Shown in pieces: positions 50,089 to 60,475 of a DNA stretch of 64,000 bases. The DNA comes from Candidatus Bathyarchaeia archaeon (GTDB lineage: Archaea > Thermoproteota > Bathyarchaeia > Bathyarchaeales > Bathycorpusculaceae). The notes beneath the pieces were generated by a model. It ran no database searches and had not been told where the DNA came from. It saw only the letters and a list, made by a program, of their open reading frames with translations. The DNA lies in the NCBI GenBank assembly GCA_050012255.1, contig JBEKHN010000001.1, forward strand, positions 256,001-320,000. The letters run 5' to 3'. Positions within the stretch are counted from its first letter, which is position 1. The number at the start of each line of letters is the position of its first letter. The translations under genes were made by a program, and so were the position numbers.

Positions 50089-50322
50089 TCAAGGAAGCGG
50101 GTAGACCTTCTCTTCTTTCAAGATTTCAGTTGCGTACTTCAAGACTACAGTTATGTCTTCTTTTTTGAGCTGCGGATAATTCTCCAGTATTGTTTCAGCT
50201 GTCCAGCCGTTGGCGAGAAGGTCCAAGATGAATTCAACGGATATTCTGGCGCCCTTTATTACTGGTTTTCCAGCTAGTACGTTTGGGTTCAGTGTTATTC
50301 TGTTTCTCCACTCGTCCATCAC
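50089..50322 (-). CDS. DUF433-family antitoxin
   Basis: RITLNPNVLAGKPVIKGARISVEFILDLLA.GW...ILENYPQL. Confidence 0.9.
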   Translation of the reverse strand: MMDEWRNRITLNPNVLAGKPVIKGARISVEFILDLLANGWTAETILENYPQLKKEDITVVLKYATEILKEEKVYPLP

Positions 50323-50478
50323 TTGATCACCGATGTACTGGTTAAGTGCAGAGGTTATATGTCTTCTTGATGTTCTTGGTATGCGTGTGCTCCAGCGCTC
50401 GCGGTTTTTGAAAAAAAAATATTTTTTTGTGTACGTTGAGGCCTAACTTAGATTCTCTTTGGATGGTGTTTCATGGGG

Positions 50479-50673
50479 TCATCTTGAGACGTTCGAATTC
50501 AGTCTTGTTTGCGAAGCCCTAGCGCGCTCTCTCCTTTTCAACCTTGAAACCCAACCCCCGAGAGCTTCTTCCGCAGCCTTGCTCAATGCTCCCTTTCCAT
50601 AGCTGAACCTCTTCATTGCGAGTTTCCTGAACCTGCGCTCAAGCTTTTGGCTAACGTGAACCCTCAAGGACAT
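50479..50673 (-). CDS. RHH-type antitoxin-like protein, C-terminus possibly truncated
   Basis: LRVHVS..LERRFR.LAMKRF.YGKGALSKAAEEAL; GCGCGC at about 50522. Confidence 0.6.
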   Translation of the reverse strand: MSLRVHVSQKLERRFRKLAMKRFSYGKGALSKAAEEALGGWVSRLKRRERARASQTRLNSNVSR

Positions 50674-50863
50674 GCTTGTTACCTAATTATCTTAGTGTCA
50701 AAACTCCACATATCCTTTTTCACCATGCTTTTATGCTTAGCCCATTCCAGTGTCCATGTGCATTCTTGTTCGACAGCTACACAATAAGATTTATTAAGAT
50801 ATCAGATATTCCCTCACTAGACATTCACAGACAAACCTAACTCTAAGCTTAGGAGAGCAACAC

Positions 50864-52828
50864 TTGAAAGGCCCCAATCGTCGCGGAAGATTCCTCTCAG
50901 TAATGAAGGCAAGCACCTTCTGGATTCTCACAGCTCTAGCCGCCCTGACTCTTGTCTCATCAGTGATCACGCGCAACGCCTACGGCGCATCGGCGGGGCT
51001 TGAGAACCTTCCAGGACCGTTTGTTTCTCCCAACGGAACTTTGAACTGCACGGTTGTTGTTGCTTCGAGTGTTGGGCATGGTCCTTGTGGCGGTGCGCAC
51101 ACGATGGACGTGATGGGCGCGATACTCGTAGGGGGCGAATTGGGCTTGAAAACCAACAACGGCAACGGCACATTGGAGGCAACAATGGACGACTACATTT
51201 CAACCTACAACTTCACTACTGCGACAGTTCAGCTTGGGGATCTTTCGTCAAATCTGATTGTGATCGGTGGCCCAGGTGTCAACCAGATAACGTGGTACTA
51301 CAACAACCTGAGGAACAGTAGCGGGGACAGAGTGTTACCTGTTTACTTCGGCAAGTTTCCCAACGGAACCGACTACATCTACGTAGTTGCTACTAACCAT
51401 TCCTACGCAATCGAACGCGACGGCCTGGGCAGGGTAGTAGCTGACTATGGTGTCATTTTGATGTTTCAGGACGGGAGTCGCTTTGTGCTTATCCTCGCCG
51501 GACTAGGCGGATCTGGCACCGCGGCTGCCTGCCAAATCATCTCGTCGTATGACAGTTGGAACCTTCACGGAGGCGCGGCGATCGTGAAGTACAGCGACAC
51601 GAACGGTGACGGATTGCTGGACACTCTTTCAGTCGTGGAAGAGACTTCTGGATCAATAAACTTGTATAATGTGGCTAACATCATGTCGTTCGGACTATTT
51701 TCGGCCGTGCTGCTGCCTAAATTGAAGGCTCTAGGGCGCAGGTTTCCATCCAAGCGTCGACTGTCGAGGCTTTTGATTGTGCTCTTCTTGTTGGCGGTAT
51801 CGCAGATCGCATTAATCGCTTTCTCAGATAGCTCGAGCCCTGATTTCTACACATTCAAGGAATTCTCACATCCATTCGTTTCCTCTGGTGGTTTGATGAA
51901 CTGCACCGCTGTTGTTGCTTCGAGTGTTGGGCATGGTCCTTGTGGCGGTGCGCACACGATGGACGTGATGGGCGCCATCATGGTCGGCGCTCGGTTCGGG
52001 ATGGATGCAACCGGAGGATCTTTGGCTTCAACTCTAGACGATTATATTTCATCCTACGATATCAACACGGGACAAATGAACTTCTCTTCTCTGACAAGCA
52101 ACCTCCTGGTCGTTGGCGGCCCAGGTGTCAACCAGATAACGTGGTACTACAACAACCTGAGGAACAGTAGCGGGGACAGAGTGTTACCTGTTTACTTCGG
52201 CAAGTTTCTTAACGGAACCGACTACATCTACGTGCCTTCAAGTGGTCACTACTACACGGTTGAGTATGACGCCTTAGGAAGAGTGAGTGCAGATTACGGA
52301 GTGGTAACCCTTTTTTACGACTCCACCCACGGCTGGTGGGTGCTGATTGCTGCAGGTCTAGGAGGAGCAGGGACCCTTGCGGCATCGAGTCTGCTGGCAA
52401 ACTATAGGAGTTGGAGCCTTTTTGGCCAGGCTGTTGTGGTCAAATATTCCGACACTAACGGAGACGGTTACCTGGACACCATAAGCCTTCCAGAGTTCGT
52501 GGGGGTTGGAAATAGTATAGACGTTTTCTGGGATTCTAATTGCCAAAACGCAGTTCAATCAATAGCGTGGGGAACTCTCACTCCAGGAGACACGAAGAGC
52601 GTGATAGTATATGTCAGGAATGAAGGGCAAGGAGGCACTGTTCTTGGCTTCAATCTCTCTGGCTGGACTCCGCTGACGGCTTCAAACTACCTGAGCATAG
52701 GATGGAACTATTCAGGAACCGTCGTCCAGTCTGGACAAATTGTGCCTGTCATGTTCACGTTGACAGTGAACTCGAGCGTTACAGGTGTTACTGACTTCGG
52801 AGTTAACATCACCATTAGTTCTGGTTGA
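50864..52828 (+). CDS. S-layer-like membrane/surface protein with an internally duplicated domain
   Basis: Signal peptide; two copies of NL(I/L)V(I/V)GGPGVN...DYGV...L(I/L)AGLGG.GT.AA; central TM-basic-TM segment. Confidence 0.75.
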   Translation: MKGPNRRGRFLSVMKASTFWILTALAALTLVSSVITRNAYGASAGLENLPGPFVSPNGTLNCTVVVASSVGHGPCGGAHTMDVMGAILVGGELGLKTNNGNGTLEATMDDYISTYNFTTATVQLGDLSSNLIVIGGPGVNQITWYYNNLRNSSGDRVLPVYFGKFPNGTDYIYVVATNHSYAIERDGLGRVVADYGVILMFQDGSRFVLILAGLGGSGTAAACQIISSYDSWNLHGGAAIVKYSDTNGDGLLDTLSVVEETSGSINLYNVANIMSFGLFSAVLLPKLKALGRRFPSKRRLSRLLIVLFLLAVSQIALIAFSDSSSPDFYTFKEFSHPFVSSGGLMNCTAVVASSVGHGPCGGAHTMDVMGAIMVGARFGMDATGGSLASTLDDYISSYDINTGQMNFSSLTSNLLVVGGPGVNQITWYYNNLRNSSGDRVLPVYFGKFLNGTDYIYVPSSGHYYTVEYDALGRVSADYGVVTLFYDSTHGWWVLIAAGLGGAGTLAASSLLANYRSWSLFGQAVVVKYSDTNGDGYLDTISLPEFVGVGNSIDVFWDSNCQNAVQSIAWGTLTPGDTKSVIVYVRNEGQGGTVLGFNLSGWTPLTASNYLSIGWNYSGTVVQSGQIVPVMFTLTVNSSVTGVTDFGVNITISSG

Positions 52829-52919
52829 TACGCGTTAGAATTGGTATCATGATTCGTGATACATAATATTTAATACTCTTCTAGATGGAAAACGCTAGTG
52901 AACAGAGAGAACCTGCGGC

Positions 52920-54269
52920 TTGATTCACATGTTTCAACTGCGTCGATTGGCAATTAACATTCCAAAACGAGGCTATTTTGTGGCAGGATTGCTGCTTCGA
53001 CTGGTTCTAGCGCCCTTCCTGAGTCATCCATTTGATATGAGAGTCTTCATGGCGGTCGGTGTCGCCGTGTCTAGAGGGATGACTCCTTACGGTCAGTATG
53101 TCCTTCAAGACTTGTTCGCCGCAACGCCACATGTTCATCTCTATGGGACGTTTCAAGGCATAGGATACCCGCCACTTTGGGGTCTGATGAGCGGTGGCAT
53201 GTACATGCTGTCTTCAATCTTTGCTCCGAACAACCTGTATGCATACGTTCTTGCCCTGAAGCTTCCTGTAATAGTGGGAGAGTTGGCACTCGCCGTCTTA
53301 GTCTACAACATTCTGAAGACTCAGACCAACGACAAGATTGCCACGGCGGCCTTTCTCTTGTTCATCTTCTGCCCTTTCATAATGGTTGTGGGCACCGTTT
53401 GGGGCATGTTTGATGTCATTGCACTCGTTTTCGCTCTACTGTCTGCTTACGTTCTTCAACACGATTGGAAACTGTCTTCAGTTTTCTTGTCATTATCTTC
53501 TCTCCTCAAGCTCTTTCCCCTTGTCCTCGCCCCATTGTACTCCATTTTTCTCTACAAATCCACCAGGAGCCTGAAGCTTGCTGTCAGTTTCCTCGTATCC
53601 ACTGTTGCTATCACCGCTGTTTTCACACTTCTTCCGATGATCTTGTTCAATTGGCCAATTTCCAATATGTACAACGCTCTCACTTATCAATTAACGACAA
53701 CCAATCCTTCATATGACAACGCCGCCTCTTTTCCCTACGGGGCTGCGAGTCCGTTCAACGTTTTCACTCTTCTAAACAATCTGGCACGCAGCAGCATACA
53801 ACCGCTCGCGCTGTTGGTCTACATCTGGATCCCGGCATGCGTTGCGGTCTACATACTTCTTCTCCGTTCTCAGATGTCTGTTACGGTTAAGGAAGTGGGC
53901 GTAAGCACGGATTTTGCCATGATTGTGCAGTGGTCGCTGCTTCTTTTTCTAGCGTTGTTCACTACGCGGGCTTGGGTTTCTGAACAGAACCTCATCTTTC
54001 TTTTTGTCTTCTTCTCCCTAAGCGTTTTTCTACAGTATCGTAGGGAGTTGTACAAAGTACAACTGTTATGGGTGCTTCTGTTCATTTTTGTGCTGGTTCA
54101 TGTTGCCGCGATATCCTTCTTGTGGCTTCCGTTGCCTTGGACACTCAACGCAGCCAGCGCCTTCGCCGACGGCCCATTCGGATGGACTAGACTGCTTCTT
54201 ATGACTGTGTTAACCTTCAGTTGGCTTGCTCTGTGCTGGCACTACGTTGCCAAGAAATTGAGGTGGTAG
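52920..54269 (+). CDS. Polytopic GT-C-like membrane glycosyltransferase
   Basis: LRLVLAP...HPFD, YPPLW, KLP, WGMFD motifs; many TM helices. Confidence 0.7.
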   Translation: MIHMFQLRRLAINIPKRGYFVAGLLLRLVLAPFLSHPFDMRVFMAVGVAVSRGMTPYGQYVLQDLFAATPHVHLYGTFQGIGYPPLWGLMSGGMYMLSSIFAPNNLYAYVLALKLPVIVGELALAVLVYNILKTQTNDKIATAAFLLFIFCPFIMVVGTVWGMFDVIALVFALLSAYVLQHDWKLSSVFLSLSSLLKLFPLVLAPLYSIFLYKSTRSLKLAVSFLVSTVAITAVFTLLPMILFNWPISNMYNALTYQLTTTNPSYDNAASFPYGAASPFNVFTLLNNLARSSIQPLALLVYIWIPACVAVYILLLRSQMSVTVKEVGVSTDFAMIVQWSLLLFLALFTTRAWVSEQNLIFLFVFFSLSVFLQYRRELYKVQLLWVLLFIFVLVHVAAISFLWLPLPWTLNAASAFADGPFGWTRLLLMTVLTFSWLALCWHYVAKKLRW

Positions 54270-55426
54270 TGACGAGGGCCTTAACGCTTCTTTTGCATGA
54301 TGAGCGTTTCAGCGGATGGACGCCGAAAGACAAGCTTGTTCGCCAGCACTTTTCAACGCAGTATCTGCGCTTTTACAGGCAAAAAGGCGCAGACCCGATG
54401 CTATACACTTTTCACGAGCATGTCAAGTCTATTCAGGTTCACGAGCTGGATCGCGTAGGCTTGGTCAAGATTTTCCCTGTGAAGTTCCGCTTTCCGCCGT
54501 TTCTACGTTTCGGCAACGATCATAATCCAGAGTCTATAATGCGAGAAATGCTTCGTGACAAGCCAGATCTGGTGCACTTCCACCACTATTATCTGTTCTC
54601 GTTCCCTTACTTGGCCATATTTGTCAAGAAAAGGTTGAGACGACCTTTAATCGTACAACTTCACGGAGTCAACGACAATTGCACTCGAAAATGGTTCTAT
54701 CTACCATGTCTATTGGCGCTAAAGAACGCTGATAGGGTTCTCTACAGCTATGAGCCTGAGAAGCTCATCTACGAGAAGCTAGGGATTACGGATAAAGTTG
54801 TCAAGCTGCCTTTTCCAGGTGTTGATCCTGAAGTCTTCAAACCGCAGAAACGGTGCAGTTCGAATAGGTTACTTTATGTTGGAAGAATCCCAGATGCCGA
54901 AGCTGCTAGGGGTGAAAAGTCTCCATTTCTGCTAATTCGCATTTTTAAGAGACTGCTGCGACATGATAAGAATGTCTTGTTGGACATAGTAGGAGATGGC
55001 CCTGGTCTCTTTCGCAGTCGCGAGCTGGCCCAAAGTCTAGGGGTAGCTGACCGCATATCTTTCCACGGCTATGTTGATCACGATGATTTGCCCAAGTACT
55101 ATCATGCTTCAGCGTTGACTTTCTCTCCTATTCAGCTCTACGATGTCGATGGATGGATTGATGGTTCAATACAAGAGAGCCTTGCTTGTGGCACGCCAGT
55201 TGTAGCGCTAAGGGCATCAGCCAAAGCACGGCTGCGAGGAAAGTACGGGTTTCTGCTTTCGAACAACACAGAGAAAGCAGCCGAGGAACTTCACGGACTT
55301 TTGAAGGCTCCTGAAGAAATGAACCAAGTTGCGAGTGACGCGTCAAAGTTTGTGCGTGAAAACTGTTCCTGTGACCGAGTCGTCTCGGAATTAGATAGAG
55401 CGTTGGAGGGTGTGGTCAGAAATTGA
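54263..55426 (+). CDS. GT4 glycosyltransferase
   Basis: PGVD...F.P, LLYVGR, IVGDGP, ESLACGTPVV motifs. Confidence 0.85.
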   Translation: MVVTRALTLLLHDERFSGWTPKDKLVRQHFSTQYLRFYRQKGADPMLYTFHEHVKSIQVHELDRVGLVKIFPVKFRFPPFLRFGNDHNPESIMREMLRDKPDLVHFHHYYLFSFPYLAIFVKKRLRRPLIVQLHGVNDNCTRKWFYLPCLLALKNADRVLYSYEPEKLIYEKLGITDKVVKLPFPGVDPEVFKPQKRCSSNRLLYVGRIPDAEAARGEKSPFLLIRIFKRLLRHDKNVLLDIVGDGPGLFRSRELAQSLGVADRISFHGYVDHDDLPKYYHASALTFSPIQLYDVDGWIDGSIQESLACGTPVVALRASAKARLRGKYGFLLSNNTEKAAEELHGLLKAPEEMNQVASDASKFVRENCSCDRVVSELDRALEGVVRN

Positions 55427-56343
55427 AGTTGAGCATAGCTGTTTGTGCTTATAACGAAGAAAAATCGATCGGGCCTTTGCTGCAGAACCTGATGGGTCAA
55501 AGAACCCCGGCTGAGGTTACTGATCGTGAAATCATAGTTGTAGCGTCAGGATGCACGGACAGAACTGTCGAAGTTGTCAAAGAACACATGAAGACTAATA
55601 CGAAGATTGTTCTCATTGAGGAGGAGAACAGGTTGGGAAAGGCGTCGGCGTTGAACAAGGCTTTTGAGGCTTCGTCCGGTGACTACATCGCCTTGGTTCC
55701 AGCAGATGTTATGCTTGCTGAGGGTGCCATGTTTAACCTGCTTGTTCCGTTCAGAGACAGCAGTGTGTCGGCGGTGAGCGGTCGTCCGATGCAGAATCCT
55801 TGGAAAGTGCCCAAGGGTTTTTCGGGCTACTTGGCCAAGATGACGTATAGGCTTTGGTCTAGGTTGATGAGGAGGCTAAATGATAGTGGTGAGATGGCTC
55901 ACTGCAGTGGCGAATTCATGGCTATAAGAAGCGGCGTCAAAACGGTCATCCCTGATGAATGTGCTGCCGACGATTCTTACATCGCCATCGCTGCCAAGAA
56001 AAAAGGTGTGATAAAGTTTGCTCCCAAAGCCGTCTGCTACAACCTTCTACCTTCGAACCTTGCGGATTACATAAACCAAAGAAGAAGATGGCTATACGGC
56101 CATTTTCAGACGAAGAAGATGACGGGCGAATATCCGACGGTGCTGGATACGATGGTCTTGTCAAAGCCCGGTGTCACTCTGCGAGTACTCGCTGAAGAGG
56201 TAGCTGAGCAGCCAAAGGACACGGGTTACTTAGCAACCGCCGTCATTGTCGAAGCGATCATATATCTGCTTTCCCTCTTAGACCGTCTGCTCTGTCGTCA
56301 ATGTGGCGTTTGGCCCGTAATCAGATCAACGAAGCCCGTTTAG
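55423..56343 (+). CDS. GT2 glycosyltransferase
   Basis: AYNEE, SGCTD.T, GKASALN, DD, QRRRW motifs. Confidence 0.88.
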   Translation: MKLSIAVCAYNEEKSIGPLLQNLMGQRTPAEVTDREIIVVASGCTDRTVEVVKEHMKTNTKIVLIEEENRLGKASALNKAFEASSGDYIALVPADVMLAEGAMFNLLVPFRDSSVSAVSGRPMQNPWKVPKGFSGYLAKMTYRLWSRLMRRLNDSGEMAHCSGEFMAIRSGVKTVIPDECAADDSYIAIAAKKKGVIKFAPKAVCYNLLPSNLADYINQRRRWLYGHFQTKKMTGEYPTVLDTMVLSKPGVTLRVLAEEVAEQPKDTGYLATAVIVEAIIYLLSLLDRLLCRQCGVWPVIRSTKPV

Positions 56344-56369
56344 ACTCGAAAGGTAATGGAGAGATCTGG

Positions 56370-57251
56370 ATGAGCAAAATCTGTGTGGTGATAGCCACAT
56401 ACAACGAGGCTGAAAACCTTCAGAGCCTGACTGCACAAATCGAGGAGGAACTGGGCAGCAGGAATTTCAGTCTCATAATTGTAGATGACAATAGTCCAGA
56501 CAAGACGGCGAGAGTCGCCGAAGAACAGAATCGCATTTATGGAAATGTCATCGTTAGAACTAGAGCGATAAAATGTGGCTTGGGATCCGCCATTCTAGAG
56601 GGGCTGAAGACAGCCCTTGATATGAAAGATGTCGAACAGGTAGTGACGCTAGACGGAGACTTATCCCACAATCCAAGGGAGATACCGAGATTGCTCCATG
56701 CCTCCCAAAAAAAGGGCTTGGTTCAAGGAAGCCGGTATGTTGAGCACGGAACGGTGATAGGCTGGGGCTTGAACAGAAGGCTGATCAGTTGCGGTGCAAA
56801 CTTAATCTGCAAATTGCTGTTGAGAACGTCGACCCAGGATTGCACCGGTAACTTCCGGGTCTATTCGCGGGAGTGTGCTGAGGCAATTGTGAATTCTACA
56901 GTAACCAAGGGTTTTGAATGGGTCGTTGAAGCCCTGCTGGTTGCCAAGAAGCATGGGTTTTTGGTCAGGGAGGTGCCCATCACGTTCGTGGGTCGTAGGG
57001 AGGGAAAGACAAAACTGAAAGCTTTGGAGATGCTGAGCTGGGCCATTTTCGCCACGAAAAGCTTGTTTTCCCTCAAACCTTTGAATCTAAACGCGTTGGC
57101 TCAGTCCAAGCATGCAATCCACAGGTCGTCAACCTTTACGGTAACTGCAGTTGCTCCTATCACTTCAGCTACGACATATACGCTTTCAAGAGCATCACCA
57201 GGCTTGAGTGACCAGGCCGAGTTGATGTGCTCAGTGAGATCCACTGAGTAG
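56370..57251 (+). CDS. Polyprenol-phosphate mannose synthase-like GT2
   Basis: TYNEAEN, VDDNSPD.T, DGDLSH.P, GSRY, D.TGNFR motifs. Confidence 0.85.
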   Translation: MSKICVVIATYNEAENLQSLTAQIEEELGSRNFSLIIVDDNSPDKTARVAEEQNRIYGNVIVRTRAIKCGLGSAILEGLKTALDMKDVEQVVTLDGDLSHNPREIPRLLHASQKKGLVQGSRYVEHGTVIGWGLNRRLISCGANLICKLLLRTSTQDCTGNFRVYSRECAEAIVNSTVTKGFEWVVEALLVAKKHGFLVREVPITFVGRREGKTKLKALEMLSWAIFATKSLFSLKPLNLNALAQSKHAIHRSSTFTVTAVAPITSATTYTLSRASPGLSDQAELMCSVRSTE

Positions 57252-57895
57252 TTCGTCCACTCGGCTAGATTCGCTTGACCCATTTTGTACTCGACTACGT
57301 CTCCGCCCTTGTAGACTATGTTGCTTCCAAACCTAGTGTTGCCGGATTGACACGCGAGTACCGTTGGGCTGTCCCAAAAATCCATTTCAGTGTACACGAC
57401 TGAACCGTTAGGCCGTTGGATTGCGCAGGCCAATGCGATCCGGAGCCATTCGAGACCCGACTCGCAATCGGCGGTGAGTACGTTGGCTCGGAAGCTCGCC
57501 GTAACCTGCAAGGGCTTTGACGTGTAAAGTGGAAGTTTCTCGTTTGATTTGAAGCTGGCTGTCCACCACGCACCGGTCGCAACGTGTCCCGCTTCGTTTG
57601 GGCCGGTTTTCAGGAATATCTCGGTCTCGTTATTGAAGGTGACTGTCCAGTTTGCGGTGTTCGTGAGCCCCGTCGAGTGGGTGTTCCAGTAGAGTCTGTT
57701 TTGTACTTCTGAAAGTGATACGTCTCCGTCGACGTTGATTATTCTGGCGGTGTCCACTGTTAAGGTTCGTTGCATGCGATTTCCCGTATCTGGGATTGGT
57801 TGGCTTGAAACCGAGCAGTTCACCAGTAGCAGAGCTGTCAACATTTCCAGAAGAATCACGATTGGGGTGTAATGCTTTCGCATTTTTCGTCCCAT
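57101..57895 (-). CDS. Exported hypothetical protein
   Basis: N-terminal hydrophobic segment; beta-rich, Trp-rich body. Confidence 0.65.
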   Translation of the reverse strand: MGRKMRKHYTPIVILLEMLTALLLVNCSVSSQPIPDTGNRMQRTLTVDTARIINVDGDVSLSEVQNRLYWNTHSTGLTNTANWTVTFNNETEIFLKTGPNEAGHVATGAWWTASFKSNEKLPLYTSKPLQVTASFRANVLTADCESGLEWLRIALACAIQRPNGSVVYTEMDFWDSPTVLACQSGNTRFGSNIVYKGGDVVEYKMGQANLAEWTNYSVDLTEHINSAWSLKPGDALESVYVVAEVIGATAVTVKVDDLWIACLD

Positions 57896-58351
57896 CAGTG
57901 TTTTTGCGTTGTACTGTACTCAGGTTGTACGGACATACAATATGTCCTAGGGCGAACCTATTCTACAACTAACAATGGTGAAAAGTGCCAATTAAACATT
58001 ATGTAAGCGTGTTGAACACATGTAGAGTTTAAACTCTTGGGAGGGTGCGCGGGCGAAATCACATCATAGATGGCCACTGCGCCGTGTCAGTCAAAGCTTA
58101 AGTCAGTGTTCAGCCTAGTGTTTTGTCTTGTACTGGCGTGTGCTTTATGCAATCGGCTTAGCGCGCGCGTACAGTCGCGTAGCGGATTGCGTAGAACAGC
58201 TGGAATATTGTTCTAGAACAGTCTACCGTATGTTTTATACTGTATCGTTTAAATATCGGAAGCCTGAAGACTAGTTGGGGTGGAGAAGAGAGAACGCGCT
58301 CATTGCGGTCTTGAGAATTCTTATCTGCTCCTAGTGAGGAGGGATTGACTA

Positions 58352-58738
58352 ATGGAAAGTGTGTTGAGCGAGGATGTGGTTTCGGAGGTTAGGAGTCAGT
58401 GGAAGCGGATGTGGAGGGAGCGGATTGATGATCGTGTTCGGGCGGAGGGTATCGCGCTTACGGATTATGATAAGTTGTTTGTTGAAAGGGGCACTGTGGT
58501 TTTGGCAACGAGGAGCTTTAAATTGCTGACCTTGCGCGAGATATTTGAGATGCACAAGGTTGAGAATATTGACCGCCTTGTTCAGCCGAGCCCGGAGGTG
58601 GGTGGATGGGGCAAGTTCGTACGGACTCATATCACAAGCGTCAAACTCGCACGTCAGAAAAGGGCTCAGTCGTTTGATTTGGACGAGAAGAAGCCGCAAC
58701 AGCTTAAGAAGGGCGGGCGCGGTTGGCTGCACATTTAG
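58352..58738 (+). CDS. Hypothetical protein
   Basis: 128-aa ORF with GAGGAGG RBS. Confidence 0.7.
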   Translation: MESVLSEDVVSEVRSQWKRMWRERIDDRVRAEGIALTDYDKLFVERGTVVLATRSFKLLTLREIFEMHKVENIDRLVQPSPEVGGWGKFVRTHITSVKLARQKRAQSFDLDEKKPQQLKKGGRGWLHI

Positions 58739-58820
58739 ATCAAGTGTTTGATTTTTAGCTTGTCGTGGTTCTAGGTTACGTTCTCTTGTTCAGCGTAAAC
58801 CTGATTTAGGAGAGAGGATT

Positions 58821-59177
58821 TTGGCCAAGTATAGACGCAGGTTCGACATCATAGCGGACATGGTTCGCGTTGCCAGCTCCGGTGCAAAGAAGACAAAGAT
58901 CATGTATTTTGCTAATCTAAGCTATCTTCTGTTGAACAGGTATTTGGACGATGCTTTGCACACGGGGCTCTTGCGTTTCAACGGAGAAAAGTATACGACG
59001 ACGAGAAAGGGCGGAGCTTTCTTGGAGCGGTACAATGATTTTCAAAGCAGATATTCTCGAGTGAACGCTGATTTGGAAGAATTGAAGTCCGAGGCTGAGA
59101 CGTTGGAGAGGATGTGTCGTTCGCGGCGCTTGAACAATAGGAACGCGAAGAAGAGTAGGTCTACGGCGCTGGTTTAG
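58821..59177 (+). CDS. Archaeal winged-helix transcriptional regulator
   Basis: YRRRFDIIAD...GAKKTKIMYFANLSY.LL.RYL...Y..T.KG..FL. Confidence 0.85.
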   Translation: MAKYRRRFDIIADMVRVASSGAKKTKIMYFANLSYLLLNRYLDDALHTGLLRFNGEKYTTTRKGGAFLERYNDFQSRYSRVNADLEELKSEAETLERMCRSRRLNNRNAKKSRSTALV

Positions 59178-59351
59178 CTTGTTTACACCTTATGCTCGGA
59201 TTTTTTGCGGTGAGGGTCTTTGGCTCAATTTTGCGTAAAGTTTAAGTTAGGCTTCAGGCAAGGTAGAAGATTTTTATAGAACAAGATTCCTGATTGATTT
59301 AAATTGGTCGCAGTGAGGAGTATCCATAGAATTTGAGCAGCTGTAGCGGTA

Positions 59352-60065
59352 TTGGTGAATCAATTGTTAGGGGAAGGCCATCGAGGCGCTGTGCTAGCGA
59401 TTATTGCCGCTCTCAACGAGGAAGAGGGCATCGGGTTTACGATAGCGGAGCTGCGCCAGTATTTGGAAAATGTGCCTGTTCTTGTAGTTGATGGGCACAG
59501 TGTGGATCGTACTGTTGAGGTGGCCAAGAAGTTCGATGCTGAGGTTGTTTTTCAGGAAGGAAGGGGCAAGGGGAATGCTGTTGCCAAGGCGATTGAAGAA
59601 GTTGATTATGATCCGCGTTATGTTATTCTCACTGATGCAGACTTCACTTATCCTGCTGAGTATGTTCCGAAAATGTTGAGTGTTCTGGAAGAGAACTCGG
59701 ACGTGGGTATGGTGGCTGGAAACAGATTCAACTCACATTTTCACTTGAAAGGGATGAGGAACAGATTCTACGTTGGAAACAGGCTCTTGGCTTTCACGCA
59801 TAACCTTTTCAACGGAGTTGGCATGCGTGATCCCCTGACCGGGTTAAGAGTGCTTCGCTGGGAAGTTCTAAAGGGTTGGAAGCCTAAGTCCAAGGGTTTT
59901 GATGTTGAGGTTGAGTTGAACCATCTCGTCGAGAACAAGGGCTTCACAATCGCCGAGGTGCCGATTCATTATAGGGATCGGCTTGGCGAGAAAAAGTTGA
60001 AGCTTAGGCATGGGTTCACGATTTTCAATAGAATACTTGCTGAGAGCGTGCGCGAACGAGTCTAA
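59352..60065 (+). CDS. GT2 glycosyltransferase (copy 1)
   Basis: ALNEEEG, VDG.S.D.T, GKG, TDADFTYP, DPLTG, GFDVEVE motifs. Confidence 0.9.
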   Translation: MVNQLLGEGHRGAVLAIIAALNEEEGIGFTIAELRQYLENVPVLVVDGHSVDRTVEVAKKFDAEVVFQEGRGKGNAVAKAIEEVDYDPRYVILTDADFTYPAEYVPKMLSVLEENSDVGMVAGNRFNSHFHLKGMRNRFYVGNRLLAFTHNLFNGVGMRDPLTGLRVLRWEVLKGWKPKSKGFDVEVELNHLVENKGFTIAEVPIHYRDRLGEKKLKLRHGFTIFNRILAESVRERV

Positions 60066-60268
60066 GAGACTCGAACTAAAAGAGCACGCGCGCCTAACCT
60101 CTTTGTCGTCCGGGACTTGATATAATGTGGCTATTTTTCGTTATCCTCGCAGAGGGTGCTAATTCTTGAACGGCCTGTCTGATCTGATGTTATGTTTCAA
60201 TTTGAGCCTTCAGCCATTCGAGAAGACTATTCCTTGCCATTCTTTGCCTTGGGCAATCATTTTTTCCT

Positions 60269-60475
60269 TTATTCTTCCAGAACCTTGGGATTCTCTGCGA
60301 CTATGACTGAGAAGATTGGAGCGGTTTTTTCTGGCGGTGGTTCCTTTCTTTGCAATGTGCTTTTGGAGCCCATGTAGACAAGGCTCCATCCGACTAGCCA
60401 GAAGAGCACTGCAGCGGGCAGGAGTAACAGAATGACCGCTTTGTTGCGAACGCGCATGTTTCTAGGCGGCCTCAA
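60269..60475 (-). CDS. Small membrane protein
   Basis: One strong TM helix (VILLLLPAAVLFWLVGWSLVYMG). Confidence 0.55.
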   Translation of the reverse strand: MRPPRNMRVRNKAVILLLLPAAVLFWLVGWSLVYMGSKSTLQRKEPPPEKTAPIFSVIVAENPKVLEE

